From: Octopus sinensis
Taxonomy: Eukaryota
Direction: 5' to 3'
Length of the DNA stretch: 64,000 nt
Assembly (NCBI RefSeq): GCF_006345805.1
Contig: NC_043000.1
Span: 96,534,001-96,598,000 of the forward strand
Position 1 is the stretch's first letter; every line of letters starts with the position of its first letter. Of the stretch, positions 1 to 12,850 are shown one piece after another. A program made the position numbers and the translations under genes. The notes under the pieces were generated by a model. That model ran no database searches, was not told where the DNA came from, and saw nothing but the letters and a program-made list of their open reading frames with translations.

Positions 1-870
1 GACGGTTTTTTTTTTAATGGAATTCTTTCTTTCAACTCAACTGTAAAAAAGATTGTTTTCAGCTATGAAAACTGATATGAGCAGAGTACAAGCCATATAA
101 TCAGTTTTGAGAGAGAGAGAAGGAGGGGAAGAGGGTGAGAGAGACCTATGTGTGTGCATGTCAGTGAGATAGACTCATACCTACATACATGCACATAACA
201 TGTCTGTATATATATGTACATATGTATGTATATACAGATATTAGGCATGCACATGTCCAATATAACATATTAAGTTTTCTAATCATGAGGCATACTACCA
301 TTAAAGTACTCAATAGCCAACTATTAGATAACTTAGAGCTATGGCATCTATCTCTGTCATCATCATTAAATGTCTGCTTGCTGAGGTGGCATTGGTTGGA
401 CAGTTCGACAAGATCTGTTTTGGCATAGTTTCTACAGCTGGATGTCCTTCCTGATGCCAATCACTTCTGATCAATTGTCTGATAAAACACAAATAATAAC
501 CACAATAGAAAACTACTCCCACATCTAGACAGGCTTACGGCTGCACACTAACCCATCTTTGATTACATTAAAAAGAATGCCATGTGGTTGACTGACAAGC
601 ATTTACTCGACAATACATTCTGATCTCCATTTCACAGATGTGCTGTCACCATATTTTGCCTCTTCTACCAACTACTAAAATAGTCTCTTCTTCTTTTAAC
701 CATTTAACTACATACGTGGCTGTGTGGTAAGACGCTTTCTTCCCAACCAGATGGTTCAAGGTTCAGTCCCTCAGCTTGGCACCTTGGGAAAGTGTCTTCT
801 ACTGTAGCCTCAGGCCAACCAAAGCCTTATGAGTGGATTTCATAGATGGAGACTGAAAGAAGCCTGTCAT

Positions 871-919
<49 letters not shown>

Positions 920-1449
920 TCATCATCATCATCATCGTTTAGCGTCCGCTTTCCATGCTAGCATGGGTTGGACGGGTCAACTGGGGTCTGTGAAGCTGGA
1001 AGGCTTCGTCAGGCCCAGTCAGATCTGGCAGTGTTTCTACGGCTGGATGCCCTTCCTAACGCCAACCACTCCGCGAGTGTAGTGGGTGTTTTTTTACGTG
1101 CCACCAATATATTATATATATTTATGTGTGTGTCTTTGTGCCCCCTACCATCACTTAACAACTGATGTTAGTGTGTTTATGTCCCCATAACCTAGCAGTT
1201 CAGTAAAAGAGACAGAATAAATACTAGGTTTACAAAGAATAAGTTCTGGGTTGATTTCTTCAACTAAAAAGCCCTTAAAGGCAGTACTCCAGCATGGCCG
1301 CAGTCAAATGACCGAAACATGTAAAGGAATAGAAGAATCCCATCCCCCACTCAACCCCATCTAACATACCCACCTTTTCTTCACAGAATTGGAAACTTCT
1401 GGAATCCCCATCCTGTCCCTCTATTTTGTTTTTATAAATGTTGACTTAA

Positions 1450-1668
1450 CCCTTTAGTGTTCAGATTATTCTATCAAACATAATTCTTATTGATTCACAT
1501 TAATTTGAATTAATCATGCATTTTCTCATATCTTCAAGATCTTGATGGTGTGATTACTTAATGTAGAATAACATTGTAGGGTAATTGTGAGAGCCTGGAT
1601 CTGGTCAGTTTGAACATAAAACAGATTAAATATTTTGGCTGGATATGGCCGGTTTAAATACTAAAGGG
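1450..1668. mobile_element. piggyBac-type MITE (~220 nt); copies 3201-3421, ~20723-20945, 47422-47640, 60288-60502, and within the duplicate
   Basis: TTAA|CCCTTTAG ... CTAAAGGG|TTAA: TTAA target duplication and CCC/GGG termini. Confidence 0.85.
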
Positions 1669-4216
1669 TTAAAGTTGATCCAACTGAACATCAACCATGT
1701 CAAAATCATAAGTCTAGTGTAAGGTGGGTGTTTGGCTATGAAGGTCATGAGCACTGCCCCTTTCTTCTGATTAAGCCATATGTGTATGTGTGTGTGTGTG
1801 TGTAAGCTGATTATATACTCAACATCTATAAAGTAACCTGGATTACTTATTCAGGTCCAATGGTTTACAGGTACCTGTAAATCTTTGCTGGTCTTTGAAC
1901 TGGCTTATCTTTTATTGCTCAATCTCCAAAAATATTTAGAAAAGGATCTGCTGGCTTGCAGGTTGTCAGTGGTGAAATGATTTTTTTTTTCATCCTGGAA
2001 TCTTTTGCGAGAGAGTACTATGATGATTAATGTGCTATTTTTACAAAGTTTTCAGCACTTTATACCATGCTTTTTTGAAGTGGGAAGAGCTCTATATTTT
2101 TGAAATTGCATCTTGGCTTCTTTTGTTCTTTCTGTGATTAAATTGTGTCCCTTTATGACATTGTACATGTTCTGCATGCAGCTGTTACTTACCTTTACAT
2201 TCTTCCTGTTGAATTACCTTTAACAGTTTGTTGGTTGTTTTTGCTGTTGCTGTAATCTAGCCCTGGTCAATTCTGAGTAAGCTTGTGCTACCTATGTAGT
2301 CAGACAAATGTCCTAGTTTTGATTAAGAGTTCTATTGTTAAAAGTACTCTATACTATCTCCTAATTGAGTACAGCACTACACGTGCAGGGTTTATAATAT
2401 GGAATGTCATGTAGTTCAAGCATCTTGTATTTTTTTTCCATCTGGTCAATCTGTTAAATCAGTCTGGTATAACTGTTGTTTAGTTGCAGATCAACCTTGA
2501 TTAAGCCAGTGGCATAATAAGTGTTCTGTTCTGGAACAAAGACACTTTTGGTGCCCTCATCTTAATTAACAGGCATAATAGGTCAGTAGAAATTTTGTAT
2601 TCCATCACAACTGCATCCAAGGGTAACATCAGCTTCCTATGCCTTCACTTACTACATCTCTAGATTAAACAAACACATGATTAAAGGTATTCTAGCTATG
2701 ACCATTCTGGCTTTATTTCAAAGTGTATCTAGGACAACAGTATACAATGTGTTATTTATTTTTAAGATGGAAGGTTATGATTTGAGGTTGAGCTACCACA
2801 TAATGACTCCCTCATGTAACTGTAAATTCTGGCATCCACAACCTAAAGTAAGCAAGGTAAAGTAAGCTCAGTTATCTGTAACAGTTCTTGTTCTCCAGCA
2901 CTTATCACTGGAAGTAGACATCTCAGTACAGTATTTGTAGCTAATGAAGTTACTAATGTATCTATGAGATTTTTATGTTTATCTGAAGTGATGGTTTATT
3001 TTAAAAGATTATATAGTAGTTTTCTGGGATGTTTATATATAGTATTTTAGGATAGTGTTGTAGTGTTTTAGAACATTTAGATGTGAATGTTTTTTTTTGT
3101 TGGGGGCAGGGTAAGTAAGTATAGTGTATTTAGTGGCAAGAGCTCTGTGGGCTAGAGTTTGCTGTAGCAAACTGAGCTCCTAAGCATTAGTTTATTCTAA
3201 CCCTTTAGTATTTAAACCAGCCATATCATGGCCCTAATATTTTACCTGTTTTATGTATAAACAGGCCAGATCAGGCTTCTCACACTTACCCTATAATGTC
3301 ATTTTAAAAATAAATAGTCACATCATCAAAATATCAAAGCCACAAAGTAATGTATGATTAGTTCAAAATAATGTGAATAAATAAACATTACATTTGACAG
3401 AGTAATCTGAATGCTAAAGGGTTAAATACACTTGTTTCCTATTGTAGTTGGCTATTGGAGATGTTTAGCCCTTGATCATCTCAAGTTCTAATTAAGGAGA
3501 CTTATGAGCAAAAATATTCTAGCTCTGATAATCCTATCTTTTTAGAGGTATCTACAACTAAATTATCTAATATGTCTTTTTTTTAAGATGCTAGGGTGTG
3601 ACTTGAGAGTGAAGTGACAGCTTTTCCAAGCAGGTTGAATGATTGTGATATCACTTCCACATTAGCTTGAGATGCCCTGTAGTAGATGGTCTGGAGTTGT
3701 GGTTTGTGATGATAAGTGTGGTGTTAGGTGCTTTTTATAGTTTGTTATGGATAGATTAGGGGCTCAAAGTGAGACTGACCTAGTCTTTAATAGATGTAAT
3801 ATACTCTTTGTTCCCTAGTATTGCATGTCTGTGTAATAGCTGTGAGTGAGTGACACCTATGATTTGTCTAACTGTGCACTGCAATTACTCAGTGTTGTTT
3901 TCTTCTGAGGTTATGAGTTGAAGAATCTGCAAATAAAATCATTTATTTAAAAGAGACTTAGATAATTTATCAGTCACCATCTGACACAAATTGTTCAGTT
4001 TGTGGTTGATCTGTCCATGAAGATGTCCAGAGAATTAAGCCAATGTCAGTGTTAAATTATTTCCTTTAGATTTGAATTAAGAACAGTTATTCAGGTCAAG
4101 AAGATATGTGAATGAGAGATGGAAAAGAAATACATATTGTATGTTAATAAAAATTGCTTTTGTGAGAATGTGTTCTAATCATTAATGACTAACCAAACTT
4201 ACAACTTCAAATCTAG

Positions 4217-4288
4217 TTGGAGAAAACACAAGCTGAACTGAAAACTTCAGAAGAAGAATACGGCAAACTCCAGGACAAATATGAAATG
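4217..4288 (+). CDS. FYCO1: Duplicate of the 72-nt FYCO1 exon (37622-37693)
   Basis: Same sequence and splice sites, LEKTQAELKTSEEEYGKLQDKYEM. Expression from this copy is unknown. Confidence 0.6.
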
Positions 4289-6460
4289 GTAAGTGTAGAT
4301 ACTTAACAATTTGAACTTTACTTCAAAATTGCAGTAAAAGTGAAGGAAGAAAATAGAAAATTAAGTTTTAGTTTTAATTTGCTAATTTTATTTTTACATT
4401 GTAAAATTTTCTTTTATTTTTATTTTCAATGTGTCATCTCTTTCATGTTGAGTTCAAATATAAAAGAAATGCAATTATTAATCCATGTTTAGAATAGTCT
4501 TTATAAGGCAAAAAGGTAAAAAAAAAGTTCTTAGAATTTGATATATTTAATATATTAAAAAGATATTGTAAGATGATATCGCATGGAGATTGTCCTTCAA
4601 GATATACCTTGTTACTCAGTGGAATAAAAGAAATGCTAAGGATTTCAATATTTTGAAAATAAATTTTTTCTTCCTTATAATAATTGTTTCTAATTATGGT
4701 CAAAGACTAGTTATTTTGAAGGGAAGGGAATTAGTTGATACCATCAATCCTAATATTTGAGTCATATTTTATTTTATTGACTGGTGAGATTAAAATAACA
4801 GCCTGAAGAAATATTTCTTCTCTATAGTAGAGATTTCTAATTTAAATATAAGACAGTACTCATCAATCACAGTACTTGACTGGTGCTTTGTTTTATCAAC
4901 CCCAGAGAAATGAAAGATAAAGTTGGCTCCGTTGGGATTTGAACTCAAAAAGTAAAGAATCAAAAGAAATATTTCTTCTCTATAATAGTGATTTCTAATT
5001 TAGGTACAAGGCTGCAGTTTGAGGGTAGAAGTTAGTCGATCCCATTAATTGACTGATACTTTGTTTTATTGACCAAGGGACAAAAGACAAAGTTGGCCTT
5101 GCTGGTATTTGAACTCAGAATGTAAAGATGAAATACCTCAAGGTATTTATTCCAAGCTAATGATTGCACCAGCTCAGCAATGAAATATAATTAGTGGAAG
5201 CAGAATTGTTTCAAATTACAATAGACAAATGAAATTAGTACGATCTGTTGGATGTACAATGCAGTTGTAAGGATTAGGCTGAAAATTGCAAACTGTAAAA
5301 TGATAAACCTAAGGTAGTGTTGAAAATCTACAAATAAGGTATTTATCCATAAATGTAATATTGAGTACTCAGTCTTTCTGTTTGCCACTAACATGTATCA
5401 TCATCCTCATTATTTAACACAGTTTTTTGATATTAGATCTGGTGACCCACAGTGCAGCATTATACTCCATATCAGCTTTGGCATAATTTCTACATTTGCA
5501 CGTCCTTTCTAATGCCAACTGTTTTACATCGTGACTGGGTGCTTTTTTTGTGCTGCTGTCACTAGTGGGGTTGCCAAATAACTTGCGAAAGAGGAAAGAG
5601 AGATAAAGGGAAAGCCTCATTGACTAAGATGCAGGGAGTATTTGGAAGGATGGAAAGGAGATTTTATGCCAGGGAGGATAGATGGCTACCCTACATTTAT
5701 ATAAGGGTGAGTAGGAGTATCTGAGAAAAAGATAAGATGGTAGCAATGAGCTGCCAGAGAAAAAACCCTAAAGAAACAAGAGATGATACAGTCAGTGGAT
5801 CAGGAGGAGATAATTGCTGATGGTTAGATATGGGGATATTTAAGATTATTTCTTCCCGATGCATATCAACAAAGTATATTTAAAGAAATAAAGAAAAATC
5901 ATAGTCTCTGAACACAGTACACTTAGTTACAGAGCTTCCTTAATGTGTCATTTTTTAATTCTACTTTCAATATTTTAAATAGATTAATAAAAGTAATTTC
6001 TTTCCTAGTGATATATATATCTATGCACGTAAAAAGCACCCACTACACTCACGGAGTGGTTGGCGTTAGGAAGGACATCCAGCTGTAGAAACATTGCCAG
6101 ATTAGACTGGAGCCTGGTGCAGCCTTCTGGCTTCCCAGAACCCCGGTTGAACCGTCCAACCCATGCTAGCATGGAGAACGGACGTTAAACGACGATGATG
6201 ATGATGATGATAATGTCCAACATTACATTAATAGGGTCTAGACATCTTTTAATGATTGCAAATACTTCAAGTTTAAAAAATATGCTTCATTTGTTTATTA
6301 TTCATGTTTATTGCTTTACTTCTTTTTGAGTAGTTGAATTTGACATAGATATTTTGTTTTTCATTTAAATTTTATTTCATGCATGTTTTGCTGTTGTACA
6401 TGTTTATTTTATTTGAGATATCACTCATAACATAGTAAAATTAAATACTTTTCTAAAGGT

Positions 6461-6507
<47 letters not shown>

Positions 6508-6622
6508 TTATTCATTAGTGACAGAAGCAGTTTAAATACTGAGAGGTAATATTTATCTCCACTTAAACATTGAATGTACTGTTAGAACAGACTATTCTGC
6601 GATAGTTATCAAGAGAGAAACT

Positions 6623-6715
6623 CTCATACTGGCTTTTGGTACAAAATGCATTCTTGTTTATATTGCTGCTAATGATATAAACAAGAATGCATTTTGCACC
6701 AAAAGCCATTATGAG
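6623..6715. repeat. 93-nt hairpin (copy at 40602-40694)
   Basis: ctcatactggcttttggtacaaaatgcattcttgtttatat / atataaacaagaatgcattttgcaccaaaagccattatgag, 11-nt loop. Confidence 0.9.
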
Positions 6716-7498
6716 ATCTCATGGTATATATATATATATATATATTTATTTATTTATTTATATGTGTGTGTGTGTCTATATATATGTATCATCAGTTAGT
6801 TCTCCATAAGTCAGAAAAACACACACATTCATTGTAAGTACTAGAGCAGGGATACACCCAGCATAAAAGAGGATGTACACTTCTAACCAGCATATCTGAG
6901 GAGTTATCAAAATTGCCTTGTGGCAATATTTGGTATGAAACCAACAGTCACATTCTGACCAGTTATATGCCACAACCTGTAATATATTGCTTCAAAATGT
7001 CCCCCCCCCCCCGCAAAAAACACCCCACACACACAATCTCCATCTGTGTACCATACACATATACACCACATGGTGTGCTTAAAACATAATATATATCAGA
7101 GCAAAGCAAACATCTCAACAGTGAGTCATGGAAACTTTTATGTTTTCTTCGACCTTGTCAGTGATGTGTAGTCAGTTATCACATTGTATATATATACAGA
7201 TGGCCACTTGGATTTAATGCTGTTTCAATTGTGTACATGAATGTATATACATTAAATCAAAATGTTTGGCTATGTATATACACAATGTGATGGCCATATA
7301 TATGTCATTGACAAAGCCCAAGAAGGCATAAAAGTATTTGGCATTTTTATGACTTGACCCATTGGAGAGATTATATGCTTGTCTCCCACTGATGTGTATA
7401 TCTCTGTGAAGAGATTTAACCCTATTAATTATATAGCTTTCCCTACTTGAGAGTTCCACAAATAAAAATGATGATGATGATATATATATATATATATA

Positions 7499-8135
7499 CA
7501 GGGGTTGGACAAAATAATGGAAACAACTTAAAATTTCAAGCAAATTTATTTTAATATGAGGTAGGACCACCTTTGGCAGTAATTACAGCTTGAATCCTAT
7601 GAGGTTTGGACTTGTACGAAGTTTGAATTGTTTCCAAAGGAATTTTTGTTGATTCTTCAGCTAAAACAGTCTCCAGGATATCGACTCCTTACTTGTTTTT
7701 CTAAAATGCACCATAAATGTTCAATAATATTGAGTTCTGGGGACTGTGGTGGCCAGATAAGATGTTCAACTTCACTAGAATGTTACTCGTGCCATTCAGT
7801 AACAACTTTAGCTGTGTGAATTGGTGCATTAGCATCCTGAAAGATTGTGTTTCCCTCTGGAAACAATTCTGTAAGCATAGGATGAATTTGATCAGATAAA
7901 ATACTTAAATAGTCTTGACTATTAATTCTGCCATGAAAGGAAACCATTGGGCTGGCGGATTTCCAGGATACAGCCCCCCCAGATCATCACAGATCCTCCT
8001 CCATGTTTAACAGTTGGAAGAAGGCAGTCTGGGTCAAATGCTTCCTTTGGCTGTCTCCACACATATACTTGAATTTTATCCCTAATTTTGTGGTTATAGA
8101 ACCTAGCTGTTCTTTCTCGTGTGGTGAATCCCACA
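7499..8135 (-). mobile_element. Tc1-family DNA transposon relic (3' transposase plus one TIR)
   Basis: TA|CAGGGGTTGGACAAAATAATGGAAAC terminus. Minus strand VWRQPKEAFDPDCLLPTVKHGGGSVMIWG / FQDANAPIH...WPPQSPELNIIEHLW with a frameshift and a stop. Confidence 0.92.
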
Positions 8136-9453
8136 AGTGAATCCCACGAGTGGATTCCTTATATGTTTAAATGCACACAGTATTTTTTGAGTAATATATA
8201 GTCTTTTGACTAAATTTTTACACGCTAGGCCACTAGAAGTGAAAATTTCTATTAATTTCCATTTCCCTTCAATATGATTATGTATATATATATATATATA
8301 TGGGAAATAAGGATAAGCACAAGTTTATACTTTAGTTCTCACATGTGTTTCACATTATATTTGTTTGAGTTCTACACTAGGTGTTCCAAGTGCATTTAGA
8401 TGCTCAACTGCAATAGATCATCAGGGACACTTTATTGTATTAAGCTACAGATAACTATATATATTCTGTAAATAATAATAATATTTCATAAGCTTAAAGC
8501 TTATAAGTGATCCCCATAAATTGACTAAAGAAAATAGTCTAATATTGGGGCATATATGCCCTTGATGGAAAAACTGGTTTTTCTGTATGCATGGGACTTG
8601 AACCCACACCTCTATTCATGATAAGTGTATGATATTTGTGAATATATATGTACATATATATAAATTTAAATAAAGAAGTATTATTACCATTATTAGTTGT
8701 ATTAATGAGGTAATAATAAGGTGGCTAGCAAGTTCACACCATTACAGGCACAATATAAAGTAAATTTAGATTCAGTAGGGGATATAATACCACTTGCTAA
8801 AATTTTTTCTTGCTCATGATAGTTTTCTTTTAAATGGATCAGGATGTTAAAGTAAGGAATGCACATGAGCTAATGGAATGAATATTTTAGAAATAGATGT
8901 TAAAATGTTATTTTCAACTGAAGATTGCAATGTATGTTTGTCATGCAAAGTATGAAATCAATTGATATTGAAATATACATTACTTACTGTATTCAAAGCA
9001 AAGGTAATCCTATTTCTCATATGTTTATTGCATTGCTCATGTGTATCTTTATCATGAGTTTATGGTGGTTTTTTGAACATTGGCTCTGAATTTAGCAAGT
9101 GGTATCATATACCCTTCTGAATCAAATGACTGATATTATATTGTGTGTGTGTGTGTGTTTATATAGTTCAGATTTATAGAAAACAAGACAAAGATGGGAG
9201 GGAACAACAAGCATTAGTATTAGTTTGATGCTTGGGAAGAGTGGAAAAGTCTTTTACATTTTGAACCTTTGGTCTTTGACAGAAAAGCTTGAAAGTATAT
9301 ATATATATATATATATATCAACATCACAATCAAGGAATGGCCATAATAGGCCATTCACCCACTAGAAATAACAGCCAAAGCTTCAACCGCAAAATAACAC
9401 TAGGCCGCTGGTGGCAAATAAATTCTACGAAATTTTTTGCCACCCTATATTGA

Positions 9454-9489
<36 letters not shown>

Positions 9490-9697
9490 CTATTCATATA
9501 TGTATATACGTATGGATGTACATATATATATGTACTCCCAAATTTAATTAATTGCAGTTTTGTAAACCAATTAGCAACAAAAACCTACAATATTAAGGGA
9601 TAGTAATTCAAAATGAGGAATATCTCAAATGAAATACTGTATAGATACCTCTTTTTTTGTTTTTAGTTCTGTTTTTGTATTGTTTTGTTTCTTTTAG

Positions 9698-9727
9698 ACA
9701 AGCCAATGTTATGAAGAAAAAACCAAG
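9698..9727 (+). CDS. FYCO1: Duplicate of the candidate 30-nt microexon
   Basis: Same sequence as 43669-43698, with ttttag| and |gcaagt. Confidence 0.4.
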
Positions 9728-11586
9728 GCAAGTTTTATCAATGTGTTCATTTTGCTTTTTTTTTTAGCATTCTGTTCTTTTGTGTTTTGTGACCTTGCTT
9801 GCTTGCACCACTAAGTGTTAGTTATTGAGCATCACTACTCTTTCTTACAGAAGAATTTTTCTGAACTAACATTTAATCTGCTTGTTTCTTTCTAGTGTTA
9901 ATAGCACAGTCTTGTATGTTTTTTTAAAAATTACTTTGATTGCTAATTTAACCATCCTCTTCAATGTGAGTGAAGCAGCTTTAGAAACTTTGGAAAAAGA
10001 AGGAAAATGTTTAACATTTACATCTACTCTGTGTTTTGATTCTTTTTAATCTCTGATAATAATTAGATGTGTTATTCCTTAATACATACATAATTGCAGA
10101 CTGATTTCAAGTTAGAAATCTTTATTTTTAAACTTATAACATTTTTATATTTGATCTGTTAGATTCTTGATGTGAATTTGTGTGTTAAGACAGATTTTGT
10201 TGTATTTTGGGAGGATCATTACACCGATAATAAACACATACACTGGTTCAGTTTCACTTCTTTATTATTCATCAATTGGTTAGCTATTTAACCAAGTAAC
10301 TAATCAACTATTTGCTTGATCATTCGGTTAATCAGTCAATCAGTTGTGTTTGCCAAAGTTCTTTTGAAGCTGATCTGGTGAAGAGAGGGCATATCATTGA
10401 AATGGTCAAGAATGGTAATGAAAGGACTTTGATTAACACAAATGACTGATATAATAACAATTCTTATTCATTTAGCTGCTCACATATGAAAATGATTGTA
10501 CATAATATTAATGTAAATGTAAACAAATTTTCATTCCATTTCTAAAGATGTGGTTAATACAATTAATAAATGAAGTAAATTGAAAGATCATTTTAACAAG
10601 CATGCTAACTTCATTTTGGGATCACTTACCTCATTGACATCTGTAAGAGGATATTGATATCATTTACAATGGGCACATTAGGTATTTTATATACGACAGT
10701 TAATCAATGCAATTAATTTCATTATAGTGCTGGTATATTAATACCAGCATAGTGCTAATATTTTGATTTCAAATTTTGGCATAGGGCCAGAAATTTTGGG
10801 GGAGGAACGACCCCAGTACTCAGCTGTTACTTATTTTATCAATCTCAAAAGGATGAAAGGTTTAAGTTAATCTTGGCAGAATATGAAGCCTGATGAAATG
10901 CTGCTAAGCATTTCACCTGGTGTACTAATGGTTCTGTCTACTTGCCACCTTACATTGTGCTAATACATCAATACCAGTATTATAGTGTATTGGCTTCTAC
11001 CTGATTGAATAAAATGCAAAATTTAACTGTGTCAGGACTTGAACTTGGAAAGTGTTTCAGAAACCAAGGTAGAGAATTAATGTGCCCTTGAGCACATTTC
11101 ACATTGCTCCAGTACACTCAGCTGTGCATGGGTAACCCTGAAACAGACTGGCATACATGTGCACACATACACATACACACACACACAATTTGTTTTTTTA
11201 ATGGTTAAACTTGAAGTAGGTAAAGCTATAAATAGTAGTGTGTAAATAAAAAACACTTTGAACAGAAAAAGTTGAAGGCTGCTCACCCAGTGTGCACATA
11301 CTCTTATTTATAACTTTATCTGCTTCAGGTTGAACCTTTAAAAATGAATTATTTCATGTTCTCTTAAGGTTTCTAAATTCTTAAGATGTAAATTATATAG
11401 ATGTATAAGATGTATGTATGTATGTGTGTGTATTACTGTTTGTTTTTATGTTCAGTTATAATAAAAAATATTTTATATTTATCTGAAGGGTTACTCTATA
11501 CTCTTGTAGAGTACAAATTTATTATTCTTATATTCTTATACATGGATATTGTTGACAGTGACTTTGAAATTTCGGCCAGCTGACGC

Positions 11587-11631
11587 ATAGTCTGATGATA
11601 GCTTAGCTGGCTGAAACTTCAAAGTCACTGT
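11587..11631 (+). ncRNA. Degenerate minimal type I hammerhead ribozyme motif (copy at 45557-45601)
   Basis: ATAGT-CTGATGA-tagcttagctggct-GAAAC-ttcaaa-GTC-ACTGT. Stem I 5 bp; stem II damaged. Confidence 0.5.
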
Positions 11632-12559
11632 CAACAACATTCTTGTATAAGAATAATAAATATATGTATGTTCAAATTAAAATCCAGAAAATGGAGAAGT
11701 AGCATTGATATAATTTATTAACTGCAAAAATTCAACATGTTCACTTACAACTGTTTTGAATTTGCCAAAAAGAATTAAATTCCAGTAATTAAAATATTTT
11801 ATGGGCAAAATCTTGTCAGAAGAGTAAAAAAGACATATTGCTATGTTATTACATATTGTTAGATTATTACATGTTATTCTTCCAAAACATCTCAACAGAC
11901 CAGTTATTCATTGGATATTTTCTATCCCTTAAGGTGGTTTTTTTTTAACCTCTAAATACACACACACACACACATTTGCATAAAATTAGATCTGAAGTCA
12001 ATTATTATATCATTTTGGTAAATTTATAGTTGCCAATTTGCTAAATAATAAACTTGCTTATAAATAGACATGCACTGTATATTCTTTTATTTTTCTACTG
12101 AGTTGTTGAATGACAACTTTGCTGGGCCACTATCAAGTGTTTAGTTAATTGTACTGACCACAATACATATTTTAGTTTGCTACTTATTCTACTTATTCTT
12201 TTCATTCCAAAGGGTTCTGCTAGAAATATTACTAGTGTGTCATACAAACTTAACTGAATTTGTAAATTAAATTTTGCCCTCTAGTTTTTATCTAATGATT
12301 GATAAGTTTGGAAAAGACCTGTATGCAACATTAAATATTATGTCTCCATACAGCATAAACTTTTCTTCAGGTATCCCAACTTTATTAGCTGAATTTTCTA
12401 TCACACACCACCCCTAGTTTCTTCAGGTTCCAGTTTGTATTTAATGATTTGTAAGTTTCGTCACATTTAGCAGTTAAGGATACAAAATTTAATTCGCATT
12501 CTTCAGTAGAATTGAAATCTAAGTCAAGAAATTGGACATCAGTAACATATTTTCATTCT

Positions 12560-12850
12560 TAATATTCAGATTTGAACATGAATCTGCTGATCACTGTTGT
12601 ATTTTGTCGTTGAAGAACAACTCCTCTCTTTAGATGATGTGTATTCATAATATATGCAATTCATAATATAAGGGGCTTTAAGACACCAGGGTGTTTCAGC
12701 CTTATTGTGTTTCTTTGGTCCAAGCCACATTAGATCAATGAATCTAAACAAGTGTACAAGCTTTTGTTTATATAAATCAACAAACAAATTATTGCTGATG
12801 TATCTACCAAACTGATAATTTTTTCATTAGGTGCATGCAAAACAGTGAAA
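12560..12850 (-). mobile_element. Degenerate Penelope-like fragment (related copies ~17,960-18,300 and ~46,535-46,820)
   Basis: Three mutually similar segments. Minus-strand LGPKK...CLKAPYI and YLKVPFL resemble the post-RT FGPxKxPVYLKLPxIG motif of Penelope-like elements as I recall it. Confidence 0.5.
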
